A stretch of 29,501 nt of DNA, from positions 1 to 29,501 of the IMG/VR virus record IMGVR_UViG_3300037462_000657. The stretch is one strand, 5' to 3'. Shown here one piece after another: positions 17,221 through 27,207 of this stretch. Numbering within the stretch: the stretch's first letter is position 1; each line of letters starts with the position of its first letter. Made by a program: the position numbers and the translations under genes. Under the pieces are notes generated by a model. That model saw nothing but the letters and a program-made list of their open reading frames with translations. It made no database searches and had not been told where the DNA came from. This DNA is from a virus (lineage: Duplodnaviria; Caudoviricetes).

Positions 17221-18026
17221 CCGAAGAGACCACGACGACCCCCGAAGAGACCACCGAAGAGACGAGCGCCGAAGCACTAGCCGAGACGCCGCCGGCGGTG
17301 CCGAAGAAGAGCCCCTCCAAGCTGGTCGAAGGCATCAAGCGGCTGCGGGCCGAGCGCAACGCGTTGCGCGAGCAGCTGCAAGCCAAGGCCAGCGCCCCCG
17401 CCCCCGAGGGCCCGCAGATCGACGCGGCGCTCGCCAAGAAGAACCCGCTGGCGGCGCTGGAGAAGATCGGTCTCAGTCGAGCGGAGGCGATCGAGCTGAT
17501 CCAGCAGGAAGCCCTGACCACCGGTGCCCTCCCTCCGGCCATGGCCCGCGTGGCCCAGGAGATGCGTGAGCAGGTGGAGCGCCAGGAGAAGATCATCCGG
17601 GAGCTCCAGGAGCAGATCCAGGCACGCGAGGCCGAGCAGGTGTACGAGCGCGCCGTAGCCGAGCTGCGCAAGGAAGCCAGCGACGCCAGCAAGTACCCCG
17701 AGCTCGACGGCTACGATTGGGCCGTGATCGAGCAGGCGGCGGTGGACGCTGCGGCCTACTGGGACAAGGCCCACCCGAACAAGAAGGCCAGCGCGTCCGA
17801 CCTTCTGAGCCTGGTGAATCGTGCCTTCGCTCAGCACCACGAGACGGTCAGCAAGCGGGCCGCGAAGAAGGCCCCTCCGCCCCCCGCGCCACCGGCGACC
17901 GTTTCCCCCCCTGCGACTCGCAAAAAGCCCGAGCTTCCGCCGGTGACCCCGGCGGGTCGTCCAGGCAAGGTACGCATGCCCTCGCGGGCCGAGATTCGCG
18001 CGAGGGTTGAAAAGGCCGTGGGCTGA
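17217..18026 (+). CDS. Capsid scaffolding protein
   Basis: Acidic, Thr-rich N-terminus and coiled coil. Lies between portal and capsid. Confidence 0.75.
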   Translation: MTEETTTTPEETTEETSAEALAETPPAVPKKSPSKLVEGIKRLRAERNALREQLQAKASAPAPEGPQIDAALAKKNPLAALEKIGLSRAEAIELIQQEALTTGALPPAMARVAQEMREQVERQEKIIRELQEQIQAREAEQVYERAVAELRKEASDASKYPELDGYDWAVIEQAAVDAAAYWDKAHPNKKASASDLLSLVNRAFAQHHETVSKRAAKKAPPPPAPPATVSPPATRKKPELPPVTPAGRPGKVRMPSRAEIRARVEKAVG

Positions 18027-18034
18027 GGTAAGAT
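18007..18034 (+). promoter_or_regulatory. Putative sigma70-like promoter upstream of the capsid gene
   Basis: TTGAAA-16 bp-TAAGAT ahead of a 130-bp intergenic gap. Confidence 0.4.
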
Positions 18035-18156
18035 GCTCACCACGGACGCTTGGCGTCCGGTTCGCCGCCAGCCCCCGGCGCCGTCTCAGTCGGCAAACGC
18101 TGCCCGCCCCCGCGCGGATCGCCCAGCGACCTTGACCCTCGACCTGGAGACGGCCC

Positions 18157-19443
18157 ATGGCCCTCGGTCCCGAAGACCTGATTTCCGCAGCGAACAGCCT
18201 CAAGAGCGTCTACAGCCCCGAAGAACTCCTGCTCATCATCTGCAAGAAGCGCCCGTTCATGGCCGCGCTTCCGATGGTGGACGACTTCGAGGGGAAAACT
18301 TTTGAACATACCGTGCAGCACGGTTACAACCAGAGCGCCGGCCCAACCGTGGCCGTCGCGCGCAACACGATCAGCACGAACGCCGAAGAGCGTTTTGTGC
18401 TCCAACGGAAACAGTACTACGGCTACGGCAAGATCAGCCGCGAGCTGATGCTCGCCACGCGCTCGAAAAAGGGCGCCGTGGCGAACAAGTACAAGCAAGC
18501 AACCGACATGATGATCATGTCGCTGGGTCGCTTCCTCGACTATTCGGTCTGGGGCAACGGCGGCGGCGCGTACGGTCGCCTTGCTGCCGTCGGTGTCGCT
18601 GGCGGCTTGCTCGCCACCCAGGTGCGCCTCGCCAACCCGGCGATGGCGCAATGGCTGGAGAGCGACATGCAGGTGCAGTTCAGCCAGAACACCGGCTACG
18701 GCGGTGTCACCACCGTGCGCCAGCCCGGCGGCGGTGCGGAAGGCTCGGCTGCCACCGGCATCACGCTGACGATCCTCGCGGTCAACAAGCGTACCGGTCT
18801 GATTACTTTCACCACCAACGTTCCCGTCGGCGCTGGCGAGGTGACGCTGAACGACTACCTCTTCCGGCGCGGGACCAAGGGCCTCACGCTCGACGGCGTG
18901 CGCGGCTGGATCCCGCAGGACGACGCGACCGCGGTGCTGAACTACCTCGGCGCTGTCCGCAGCCAGAACACCGAGCGCCTCTCGGGGCACCGGTGGACCG
19001 AGGGCGCGGGCACCTACGCCGAGACCATCCGCAAGGCGTGCGCGCACTTCGCCAACATGGGCACGGATGCGTCGAACATTTACATGAACCCCATGTCGAT
19101 CGACGAGATCGAGGCGTCGGAGCGGCAGCGTGTCGTGACCGTCGATGTGGGCGATCTCGAGATCGGCTTCGAGACCATCAAGTTCAAGACGGCCATCGGT
19201 GACCTCGACCTTCAGAGTGAGCCCGGGGTGCCTCCCGGTTGGGCCTTCGTGACCAACCCGGGCTCGTGGGCGTTCAAGCACCTGGGCAAGATGATCGGCT
19301 TCTTCGAGGAGGACGGCCTTCTTCACCGCGTGCCTGGCGAGGACAACTACGATTTTGAGGCCGGCGGCTACGGCAACCTGATCTGCGAACTGCCCGGCAA
19401 CAGCGGTTGGATCAAGCTCGATCCGGCGGCGCAGGACTTCTGA
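18157..19443 (+). CDS. Major capsid protein
   Basis: 428 aa after the scaffold, GGAG RBS, strongly biased codon usage, HK97-fold-like composition. Confidence 0.85.
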   Translation: MALGPEDLISAANSLKSVYSPEELLLIICKKRPFMAALPMVDDFEGKTFEHTVQHGYNQSAGPTVAVARNTISTNAEERFVLQRKQYYGYGKISRELMLATRSKKGAVANKYKQATDMMIMSLGRFLDYSVWGNGGGAYGRLAAVGVAGGLLATQVRLANPAMAQWLESDMQVQFSQNTGYGGVTTVRQPGGGAEGSAATGITLTILAVNKRTGLITFTTNVPVGAGEVTLNDYLFRRGTKGLTLDGVRGWIPQDDATAVLNYLGAVRSQNTERLSGHRWTEGAGTYAETIRKACAHFANMGTDASNIYMNPMSIDEIEASERQRVVTVDVGDLEIGFETIKFKTAIGDLDLQSEPGVPPGWAFVTNPGSWAFKHLGKMIGFFEEDGLLHRVPGEDNYDFEAGGYGNLICELPGNSGWIKLDPAAQDF

Positions 19444-19445
19444 CC

Positions 19446-19847
19446 ATGAGCAACAAGGCCCACCACCACCTGCTTGCTCGATCGGAGCAGACGCGCGTTG
19501 TGAGCTTCTCGTGGCTCTGCAACAACGCATCGAACCCGGACCCCGCGAGCTTCGTCGGAGAGGGCGTCCTCAGCGTCACCAAGACCGCCAACGCAGGCGA
19601 ATTCGAGGTGACGCTGGACGACACCTACGCGCGCGTCGTGAACATCATCGGGGCCAAAAGCTCCGACGGTGCCGAGCCTGCGGCGGCCTACGATTTCCAC
19701 TTCCCGGACGCACCTGCGACGATCCCCACGACCGGGAAATTCCTGGTCGAGTACCGGCAGAACGGCGCGGGCGTGAACCGCACCGCCGCCAACAACGTGC
19801 GCATCGGCTTCACGCTGATCGCGCTCAACCGCGTGCGAGGGGTCTGA
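19446..19847 (+). CDS. Putative virion structural/decoration protein (133 aa)
   Basis: ATG at 19446 immediately after the MCP. Beta-rich (GVLSVTKTANAGEFEVTLDDTY). Confidence 0.65.
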   Translation: MSNKAHHHLLARSEQTRVVSFSWLCNNASNPDPASFVGEGVLSVTKTANAGEFEVTLDDTYARVVNIIGAKSSDGAEPAAAYDFHFPDAPATIPTTGKFLVEYRQNGAGVNRTAANNVRIGFTLIALNRVRGV

Positions 19848-20059
19848 TGGACTTCGCACGCGCCCTCCGTGACAAAAAGCGCCCTCCGCCCTCGCCCATG
19901 GCGAGCGAGGAGGGGTACGGCGAGGACGACGACGGGGAAGAGATGCCCGACGCCGCCGAGCTCGCCCTCACCTTCCACAAGGAAGCCAGCGCAGGGAACG
20001 GCAAGGACGCCGCAGAGGCTCTTCGCGCGTTCGTCCTCCTGGTGATGGAGGAAGAGTAA
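19847..20059 (+). CDS. Small acidic hypothetical protein (70 aa)
   Basis: TGATG overlap. MDFARALRDKK...VMEEE, TAA stop. Confidence 0.7.
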   Translation: MDFARALRDKKRPPPSPMASEEGYGEDDDGEEMPDAAELALTFHKEASAGNGKDAAEALRAFVLLVMEEE

Positions 20060-20060
20060 G

Positions 20061-20858
20061 ATGCCCCTCGTGACGCTGGGCAGCCTGGTCGCCAAGGCCA
20101 GGCGCCGCGCTGACATGACGAACAGCACCTTCCTCCCGGACACGGAGTGGAAGGAGCTGATCCTCAGCGGCGTGCAGGCCCTGCGTCAGCGTCTCCACCG
20201 TGGCGGACAGGAGTGGGAGCGCTCCACCGCAGAGATCGACACGGTGGCGGGGCAAGCCCTCTACGAACTGCCGGAGGATTTCCTCACGCTGATCCAGCTG
20301 CTGGCCAACCGAAGCGCCGTCCAGGCCGCGCCGGTGGCCGGACGCTGGCAGGCTGCCACGAGCGACGCCACGGGCTGGGTGCCCCTGTGGCCGTTCGAGA
20401 TGAACGAACTGGCGGGGCTGCTCAACCGCACCGACGGCAACGCCGACACGGTGCGCTACCGCCTACGCAACGAGCGCGCCGACGTGGGCGGCGTGCTCAC
20501 CCCGGTGCGCAAGATCGAGCTGCGCCCGACGCCGCGCTACGCCTTCACCCTGCGGCTTGAATACCTGCCCACGACCATCGCCTCGACCGCTGACAACGCC
20601 GTGGTTGAGGGCCTCGACGGCTTCGAGGACATCCCCGTTCTTCAGGCCGCCATCTACGCGCTCCAGAAGGAGGAGAGCGACGCGACGGCGCTGGTCGCCT
20701 GGCTCCAGCGCGAAGAAGCGCGGCTGGACGAGATGGCCACGGCGCAGGACCGCAACCGGCCCGAGCGCGTGGTGGACGTGTACGCCCAGCAGCACGAGAC
20801 GCTGCTCGACGGCGTGCCTCACCGGCATCACCTCCGGCCGGGCGGGTACTGGCCGTGA
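20061..20858 (+). CDS. Head-tail adaptor protein (podovirus type)
   Basis: TLGSLVAKARRRAD, TVAGQALYELPEDF, IELRPTP...LEY, AIYALQKEE. Position after the capsid genes. Confidence 0.75.
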   Translation: MPLVTLGSLVAKARRRADMTNSTFLPDTEWKELILSGVQALRQRLHRGGQEWERSTAEIDTVAGQALYELPEDFLTLIQLLANRSAVQAAPVAGRWQAATSDATGWVPLWPFEMNELAGLLNRTDGNADTVRYRLRNERADVGGVLTPVRKIELRPTPRYAFTLRLEYLPTTIASTADNAVVEGLDGFEDIPVLQAAIYALQKEESDATALVAWLQREEARLDEMATAQDRNRPERVVDVYAQQHETLLDGVPHRHHLRPGGYWP

Positions 20859-21154
20859 GCGCCCCCGGACGCGACCAGCGCACCGGCGACCCGCGAGAGG
20901 ACGCGCGCTACGCGCAGCTTCTGGCGGACCTGCAACGGCTGCTGCGGATCCCGTTCCTTCGGGGGACGCTGGTCGAAGTGCAGCTCCAGGTCGGGGCCAA
21001 CGAGGTCGCCCACGGGCTCGACCGCGTGCCCGTCGGCTGGTTCCCCGCGCGCGTCACCGGCGCCGCCTTCTCGGCCTTCGAGCGCGAGGCTTCGCGCCGC
21101 TTCCTCTCCCTCGACTCGGCCACCGCGTGCCGGGTCTGGCTGTGGGTGTGGTGA
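20855..21154 (+). CDS. Small tail-region protein (99 aa)
   Basis: GANEVAHGLDRVPVGW (HGLGRxPxGW-like motif). Coupled on both sides. Confidence 0.7.
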   Translation: MSAPGRDQRTGDPREDARYAQLLADLQRLLRIPFLRGTLVEVQLQVGANEVAHGLDRVPVGWFPARVTGAAFSAFEREASRRFLSLDSATACRVWLWVW

Positions 21155-24100
21155 TGGCGCTCCAGAAGATCCGCGTCCCCGTGCTCATCCGGGGCGGCCT
21201 CGCGCAGGACCGCGAGGACGTGGCCCTCGGGCTGGGCGAGGGCTTCGTGACGATGGAGAACCTCCGCTACGACCGGGCCGGTGTGCTGAAGAAGCGCAAG
21301 GGCCACGAGGCCGTCAGCAACGAAGGCTTCCGCGGGCTGTCGTCGCTGCCGACGGGGCAGATCCGGAGCCTTCATACCTACCGCGGCGCCATCGTCGCGG
21401 CGATGGGGTTCAATGACCCGATCCTGGCGACTCACACCGCAGTGGGCTGGTCGCAGCACGGCCTTGCGTGCCCGCTGTCGATGCGCCGCCGGGCCCTGCT
21501 CCGCGTGACCGAGAAGCCCGTCGCTGCCGCGCAGACCGTGGTGGTCGGGCCGTATACGATCGTCGTCTACCGGGTCGATACTTTCCTCTTCTACAAGCAG
21601 ATCCTCACCTCCACCGGCGCCGTCCTCCAGGACGATCGAAGGCTCCAGGACGACTGCTCTCAACACCGCGCGTTCGCTGTCGGCGACGACGTGGTGGTGG
21701 TCTACTGGAACAACCTCGACAACGAACTGCGCGCCTTCCGGCTCAAGCCCAACCTGGGCTCGCCGGTCGTGCAGAGCGCGGAACTCACGCTCGAAATCAA
21801 CCCGATCACGTTCCCCTTCGACGGCTGCGCCGCGCAGGAAGCCGGGCAGTTTTACGTCGCGTGGGTGCCGTTTCGCACAGGCGTTCGCGTCATCAAATGC
21901 TCCATCGGTGGGCTTCCGCTCGACGCGCCCACGGTGGTCGCGGGACCGCTCACGCACGCCGACATCGATGCGGTTTCGCTGCATGCGGTGGTGCACGAGT
22001 CGAGTAACCGACTGTGGGTTTCGTTCGCGCGCTTCAACGGCGGCGTGGCTGACATTCGCCTCGGGCGCTGGAACGCCGCTCCCTTCGCGCTCGCAGGCGT
22101 CGGCACCGTCTACACGGACCCGACGGCGGTGGCGACCAGCGCTCGGACCGTGTGCTCTCCCGGCGGCTGGGTCGGCTGGGAGCAGATCCCCGGCGACGAT
22201 GGCGGTGGAGCGATCCTGCTGGACGCGGGGGGCGGGAGCCCCGGAGCGCGGGTGCGGGTGCGCGAGCTGTTCCAGAGCCGCTTCTTTCGCCGTGCCGGGG
22301 CTGACTGGATCTTCCTCGGGGAGGACGGCTCGTACGCGCTGGTGCGTCTCGACCAGGGCGAGGACCTGCCCCCGGTGCACACCTACCACGGCGCGATCTG
22401 CTGGCGCGAGGCGATCCCCACGCCCATCGCGGCCCCGCTGGCGGACGTGTGCGTCAGCGGGACGCAGGCGTGGCGCTGGGGGGCGCTGGTACTCACGGGG
22501 ATCCCCTCGACCGCGAGCGCGGTGCCTGCGGGGCGCAGCGGCGTGGACCTGGTGGACCTTGACTACTTCATCGACCAGGCGCCGGTGAACCTTGCCACGG
22601 AGAGGGCCAACTGCTTGACCTTCGGTGGCGCGATGGCGCCGATCTTCGACGGCGCGCAGGTGGTCGAGAGCGGATTCTTTCGACCTCCAACGATCCGCGC
22701 GGCGGTGCCCTCGGCGGGCGGTGGCGGCGCCATCGAAGGCGGCGACGTCGCCCCCGGGCAGCCGTTCGTGTACCTCTACCGCGCCGTCTACGAATGGCAG
22801 GACGCGCGGGGAAACTGGCACTACAGCGAGCCTTCGCAGCCCGTGGCCGTGCAGATCGGCTCTGCGCTTCCGCTGGCCCGCGTGGACCTGGAGGTCACCT
22901 GCCTCGCCCTCACGCGCCGTGGTGACCTGGCCGGGTTCCTCGGGCGCCGGGCCCGCGTGGCCCTGTTCCGGACGCTCAAAAACACCACCGGGCCCTACTA
23001 CCGGATCGACGACCCGAACGTCACCACCTACGCCAACGAGCGCAACAGCGCCGTCGTTTTCCCGGACGATGGGCTGAGCGACGCGGCGCTGTTGGCCACG
23101 GGTTTCGGGCAGCTTTACACCACCGGCGGCGTGCTGGAGTCGCAGCTCGCGCCCCCCGCGCTTGCCCTGGCGGCGTGGCAAAATCGGCTGTGGCTCGTGT
23201 CCGGCGAGGACCCGCGCGTTGTTTGCTACTCCAAAGAAATCCTCCCTGGCGAGGCGCCGCAGTTCCACCGGACGCAGCTCTTCGTTCAGATCGAAGAGGA
23301 GGCCACGGCGGTCGCGGCAGCGGGGCCGGTGCTGCTGATCTTCAGCCGCACGCGCACCCATGCCCTCAGCGGCCTCGGGCCCGCGATGACCGGCGCCTTG
23401 GCTGACTGGCGTGGCCCCACGGTGGTCAGCGAGACGATCGGGTGCGTGGACGCGCGCAGCGTCGTGACCTTCCCCGGAGGCACGCTGTTTCTTGCAGAAA
23501 AAGGCTTCCACCTGCTGACCTCGCCGCAGGCCCCGCCGGCCTTTGTCGGCGGCCCTGTGCAAGCCATCACCGACGAGTACACGGTCTGCCGCGCAGCAGC
23601 GCACGACCCCGAGAACGGGCGCGTGCTGTGGGTGATGGCACGCGCGTCGGTCACCGCGCCGAGCGTGATCGTCGTCTGGGACTACCTCCGCAGCGCGTGG
23701 TTCGCCTGGACCGCTGGCGGCACGTCGGACAACCGCTACCCGCGCGCCCTCGCGGTGCTCGACGGCGCGACCTGGTACGCGAACAACGCGACCGTGCTGC
23801 GCCAGAGCGACACAGCGACGGGCGACGGCGGCGAGTATTTCTCGTGGCGGCTGCGGCTGCCCTGGGTGCGGCTCCAGGGGATCACGGGCTTTCAGCGGCT
23901 CTGGCGCGTGGTGGTGGCGCTCAAGCGCAGCGCTGGCGTCAAGGTGCTGACGATCTTGCGCAGCGACGACAGCGACGCGGCCGACCAGACCGCAGAGCAC
24001 AACCTCGCGGCGCTGGCAGCCGAGGCCAACGGACGGTTGCAGCTCGAAACGCACGTCGTCCAGCAGAAAGGGCGCAGCGCTCAGGTCGAGCTGGTCGAGG

Positions 24101-24213
24101 CCCTTACCGGCTCGTCGCTCGATGAGAGCGGGACCCTGGAGCTCTACGGGATTGACCTCGAAGTCGGGCAAAAACGCGGGCGAAACAAGGTCACGGCGGA
24201 CAACCGGAGGTAA
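21154..24213 (+). CDS. Tail nozzle/hub protein (P22 gp10 / tail tubular B analogue), 1019 aa
   Basis: ATG at 21154. N-terminal GGL...ENLRYD.G.LKKRKG, beta-propeller-like repeats (WQNRLW, IGCVDARSV, VWDYLRSAW), GFQRLWR. Confidence 0.78.
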   Translation: MALQKIRVPVLIRGGLAQDREDVALGLGEGFVTMENLRYDRAGVLKKRKGHEAVSNEGFRGLSSLPTGQIRSLHTYRGAIVAAMGFNDPILATHTAVGWSQHGLACPLSMRRRALLRVTEKPVAAAQTVVVGPYTIVVYRVDTFLFYKQILTSTGAVLQDDRRLQDDCSQHRAFAVGDDVVVVYWNNLDNELRAFRLKPNLGSPVVQSAELTLEINPITFPFDGCAAQEAGQFYVAWVPFRTGVRVIKCSIGGLPLDAPTVVAGPLTHADIDAVSLHAVVHESSNRLWVSFARFNGGVADIRLGRWNAAPFALAGVGTVYTDPTAVATSARTVCSPGGWVGWEQIPGDDGGGAILLDAGGGSPGARVRVRELFQSRFFRRAGADWIFLGEDGSYALVRLDQGEDLPPVHTYHGAICWREAIPTPIAAPLADVCVSGTQAWRWGALVLTGIPSTASAVPAGRSGVDLVDLDYFIDQAPVNLATERANCLTFGGAMAPIFDGAQVVESGFFRPPTIRAAVPSAGGGGAIEGGDVAPGQPFVYLYRAVYEWQDARGNWHYSEPSQPVAVQIGSALPLARVDLEVTCLALTRRGDLAGFLGRRARVALFRTLKNTTGPYYRIDDPNVTTYANERNSAVVFPDDGLSDAALLATGFGQLYTTGGVLESQLAPPALALAAWQNRLWLVSGEDPRVVCYSKEILPGEAPQFHRTQLFVQIEEEATAVAAAGPVLLIFSRTRTHALSGLGPAMTGALADWRGPTVVSETIGCVDARSVVTFPGGTLFLAEKGFHLLTSPQAPPAFVGGPVQAITDEYTVCRAAAHDPENGRVLWVMARASVTAPSVIVVWDYLRSAWFAWTAGGTSDNRYPRALAVLDGATWYANNATVLRQSDTATGDGGEYFSWRLRLPWVRLQGITGFQRLWRVVVALKRSAGVKVLTILRSDDSDAADQTAEHNLAALAAEANGRLQLETHVVQQKGRSAQVELVEALTGSSLDESGTLELYGIDLEVGQKRGRNKVTADNRR

Positions 24214-24214
24214 C

Positions 24215-24901
24215 ATGCTCCCTTTGATTTTGGCAGGCGCAGGGCTCGCGGCGGCGGGCGGAATCGGCGCGGCGACCTCCGGGGCGCTGGGCAAGGGGCG
24301 CCAGCCCGACCGCGCGGCGTATGACTTCAACTATCGCCCCGAGTTTGACTGGGCAAAGGCCGACCAAGCGCTAGACCAGCAGCGCGCCGCCGGCGGCGGC
24401 ATGATGTCCGCTGCGGAGCAAGCGCGCGCCGTGGCCGAGGGGCGCGCGGGGCGCACCCTGGCGCAACAGCAGCTCGCCGCCGGGATGGCTGCGGGAGCGC
24501 AGGCCACGGCGCAGACCGCCGCCAGCGCTCGCGGGGGGCCGGCCCAGGTGGCGCAGGCGCAGCGCATGGCGCAGGCGCAGCAGGTCGAGGGGCAAGCGCA
24601 GCTCGCTCAGGCCGCGGGGATGCAACAGGTGGCCGAGAGCAGCGCCGCCTACCAGCGCGAGCTCGCGGCGCTCCAAGGCGCGGGGCAGCTGGCCAGCGTC
24701 GAGCGCCAGGGCTCGCAGATGGAGCAAACGGCACGCGTTGACGCTGAGATGGCAGCGGCGCAGGCACAGCAGCAGGGCGCGATGGCCTACGACCAGACCG
24801 CGATCGGCGCGGACCAGAGCATGCGCAAGCGGCGCGGCGAATTCTTTGGCAAGGTGATGGACTTCGGCGGCGGCGCGGCGATGAAAGGGATCGCCGGCTG
24901 A
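24215..24901 (+). CDS. Putative DNA ejection/pilot protein (Gln/Ala-rich)
   Basis: GGAGG then ATG at 24215. Gly/Ala hydrophobic N-terminus followed by Q/A-rich helices. Confidence 0.7.
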   Translation: MLPLILAGAGLAAAGGIGAATSGALGKGRQPDRAAYDFNYRPEFDWAKADQALDQQRAAGGGMMSAAEQARAVAEGRAGRTLAQQQLAAGMAAGAQATAQTAASARGGPAQVAQAQRMAQAQQVEGQAQLAQAAGMQQVAESSAAYQRELAALQGAGQLASVERQGSQMEQTARVDAEMAAAQAQQQGAMAYDQTAIGADQSMRKRRGEFFGKVMDFGGGAAMKGIAG

Positions 24902-27207
24902 TGCCCACATACCAGACCTACGAGCGGCTGCCCGATGGGCGCGTCAAGCTCACCGACGCCGACGGTGGGGCGCTCACGCTCTTGCCTTCGCCTTCGGTGG
25001 ACCAGCAGATCGCCCAGATCGACGCGCAGCGCACGGCGACGCCGGCCCCGGTGCCTGACGGCATCGTCGCCGCCGAGAGCCCGAAGCTGAGCGACACGCG
25101 GGCCTTCATCCCGGTGCCGACGCCGCCAGCCGCGCCGGCCCCCGAGGCCGCTCCGGCGGGGCTTGCGCAAGCCTCTCCGCTGGTCGGCGTAGCACCGGCG
25201 CCAGCGCCCCCCGTGGCCCCCGCAGCGGCGCCAGCGCCGGCCCCTGCCGCCGCCCCCGGAGAGCCGCCCAAGATCGTGCGTGGCGGGCAGCCCGTGGCCT
25301 CCCAGACGCCGGGCTCGGTCGCAGCGAACCTCTACGCGCAGGCCGCCGAGCGAGAGCTTACGGGGAGCCCCGGAACGTTTGTCCCCGGAGGCACCTTCAA
25401 AACGGGCGCGACGCAGCAATACAGCCCCGGTCCGGACCCGATGGCCACGCTGGCGCGCGAGGCGGCCGAGAAGCGCCTTGCCAACGTGCGCAGCGACCTC
25501 GCGTACCTCGAAGGGAACGCGGCGACGCAGCGCGCGGAGCTTGCGGAAGCGGAGGCGCAGCGCGCCGCCGCGAGGCAAGCGGAGATCGAGCAGCTTCAGG
25601 CACGTCAGGCGGAAAAGCTTGGCGGCGTGCTGGGCGAGATCGACCAGAAGCGCAAGGAAATCGCTGACGCGAAGCTCGACCCCAACCGACTGCTCCGGAA
25701 CATGAGCACGGGGCAACAAGCGCTCGCGGGTCTGGCAATGGTTTTTTCTGGGCTGGGCAAGGCGCTGGCCGGTGGCGACGGCCCGCCAATGGCTTTCGCG
25801 GTGCTGGACGAGGCGCTCAAAACCGACCTGCAAATGCAGCAGCTCGCGGTCGAGCAGAAGCGCGGCGAGATCAACACCCTGGGCGAGATCTACAAGCTCA
25901 CCAAGGAGCAATTCGGCGACGAGCGCATGGCCATGGACGCCGCGTACCTCGCCGGGCTGGAGACCTACAAGGCCAAGATCGCGCGCACCGCCGCCGAAGC
26001 GGAAGCGGCGATGGGCGTCGAGACGCAGTACGACGAGAACGGGCAGATCGTCCCTTCGTCGCCCTACAGCGTGCGAGCGAGGGAAGCCCTTGCGCTCCTG
26101 GAGGCCGAGCAAGCACGGCTGCGTGAGCAGCTGTCACAGGCCGCCAACGGGCAGGTGGCGCAGCAGTACCAGACCACGCAGGATAAGGTAGTGGGGGGCC
26201 GCGCGCCGAACCTCACCAAGGCCGCTGAACTGCTGGAGAAGGCAGAAAAAGCCGGCGGCGCCGGAGGCCAGCAGGTCACCTACGAAGGGAAAAAGTACCG
26301 GCTTGGGAGCTTCGTCGAGGACGGCGAGGGAAAAACAATCCGCAAGGAAATCGGGGATATCGAGGTCCTCAAAAAGGACATCAGCCTTCTCGAAAAAGAG
26401 CTGCGGGATCACCCGGTGGACAGCAAGACCTTCAACAAGTCGAAGGTCAAAGGGCTGATGGAGCGCGTGTCCAGCAAGGCGAACGTCGTGCTGGGCCAGG
26501 GCGCCAAAAACAACGACGAAGCCGCGCGGTGGGAGACGATCCTTGGCGGCGTGTTGACCAACGGTGTTGGCGCCGTGCAAGACATGTTTCGCTGGGCCGA
26601 CGACCAGGCGCGAGCGAAGCTCGACCAGGTGAACGCCACGCCGGCCACGGCGGCGTCACCGGTGCGTGTCGGGGCGCGTGCGCAGGCTGCTGCGGAAGGG
26701 CGCGCGTTGCCCGGCGGCGGTGGCGTGGTGGGGGCTCCTCGCGCAGCGCCTCCCGCGCCCGTGGTGCGTGCGAGCGGCGTGCGAGCGACGCCGCTGGACC
26801 GCGCCGGTGCCTCGCTCGTGACCGCGACGCAGGCCACGGATCCGGTGGCCCGGGGCAAAGCCGTCGGCGTCGCCAAGGCGGCAATCCGCGACAGCGTGAA
26901 CGCGAGACAACTCGGGCCCCGCGAGGCAAGCGTAGCGATGCAGCTGGCCGAGGCCGGGGACATCGACGGGCTTCTCTCGTTCCTGTCGAGGATGCGCGGC
27001 ATCGATTCGGTGAGGCCGTCGGAAGAGTCGTTCCAGCGGCAGGTCAGCGCATCGCTTCTTCGTCGTGAGCTGGAGCGCGCAGGCGCCGCTACTGATGCCG
27101 CGCTCCGCTCCGGCCCCGCCGTGGCTTCGGTCACCACCAAGGTCAAGGGCGGGGCGCCGACCATCAAGCCCATCAAACCCGTCAACCTCAGCGGGAAGGC
27201 CAAATTA
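24901..27207 (+). CDS. Putative internal virion/ejection protein (768 aa to TTA)
   Basis: TGATG start, Pro/Ala linker and long coiled coils. End drawn at TTA 27205-27207; the standard code adds 54 shadow-like residues to TGA 27369 inside the next gene. Confidence 0.78.

Noticed and set aside
18090-18130. c-di-GMP-I riboswitch (GGCAAAC seen)
   Set aside because: The remaining consensus (GNRA tetraloop/receptor, second stem) is absent.
20557-21153. N-terminal extension of the 1218-aa track ORF
   Set aside because: Overlaps two credible genes and is Arg/Pro-rich junk. The real start is ATG 21154 (TGATG coupling).
20908-24330. 1140-aa minus-strand ORF and similar long antisense ORFs (e.g. 18037..19530, 26409..28154)
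   Set aside because: Expected stop-poor shadows in a very GC-rich genome, with no motifs and opposite to well-supported genes.
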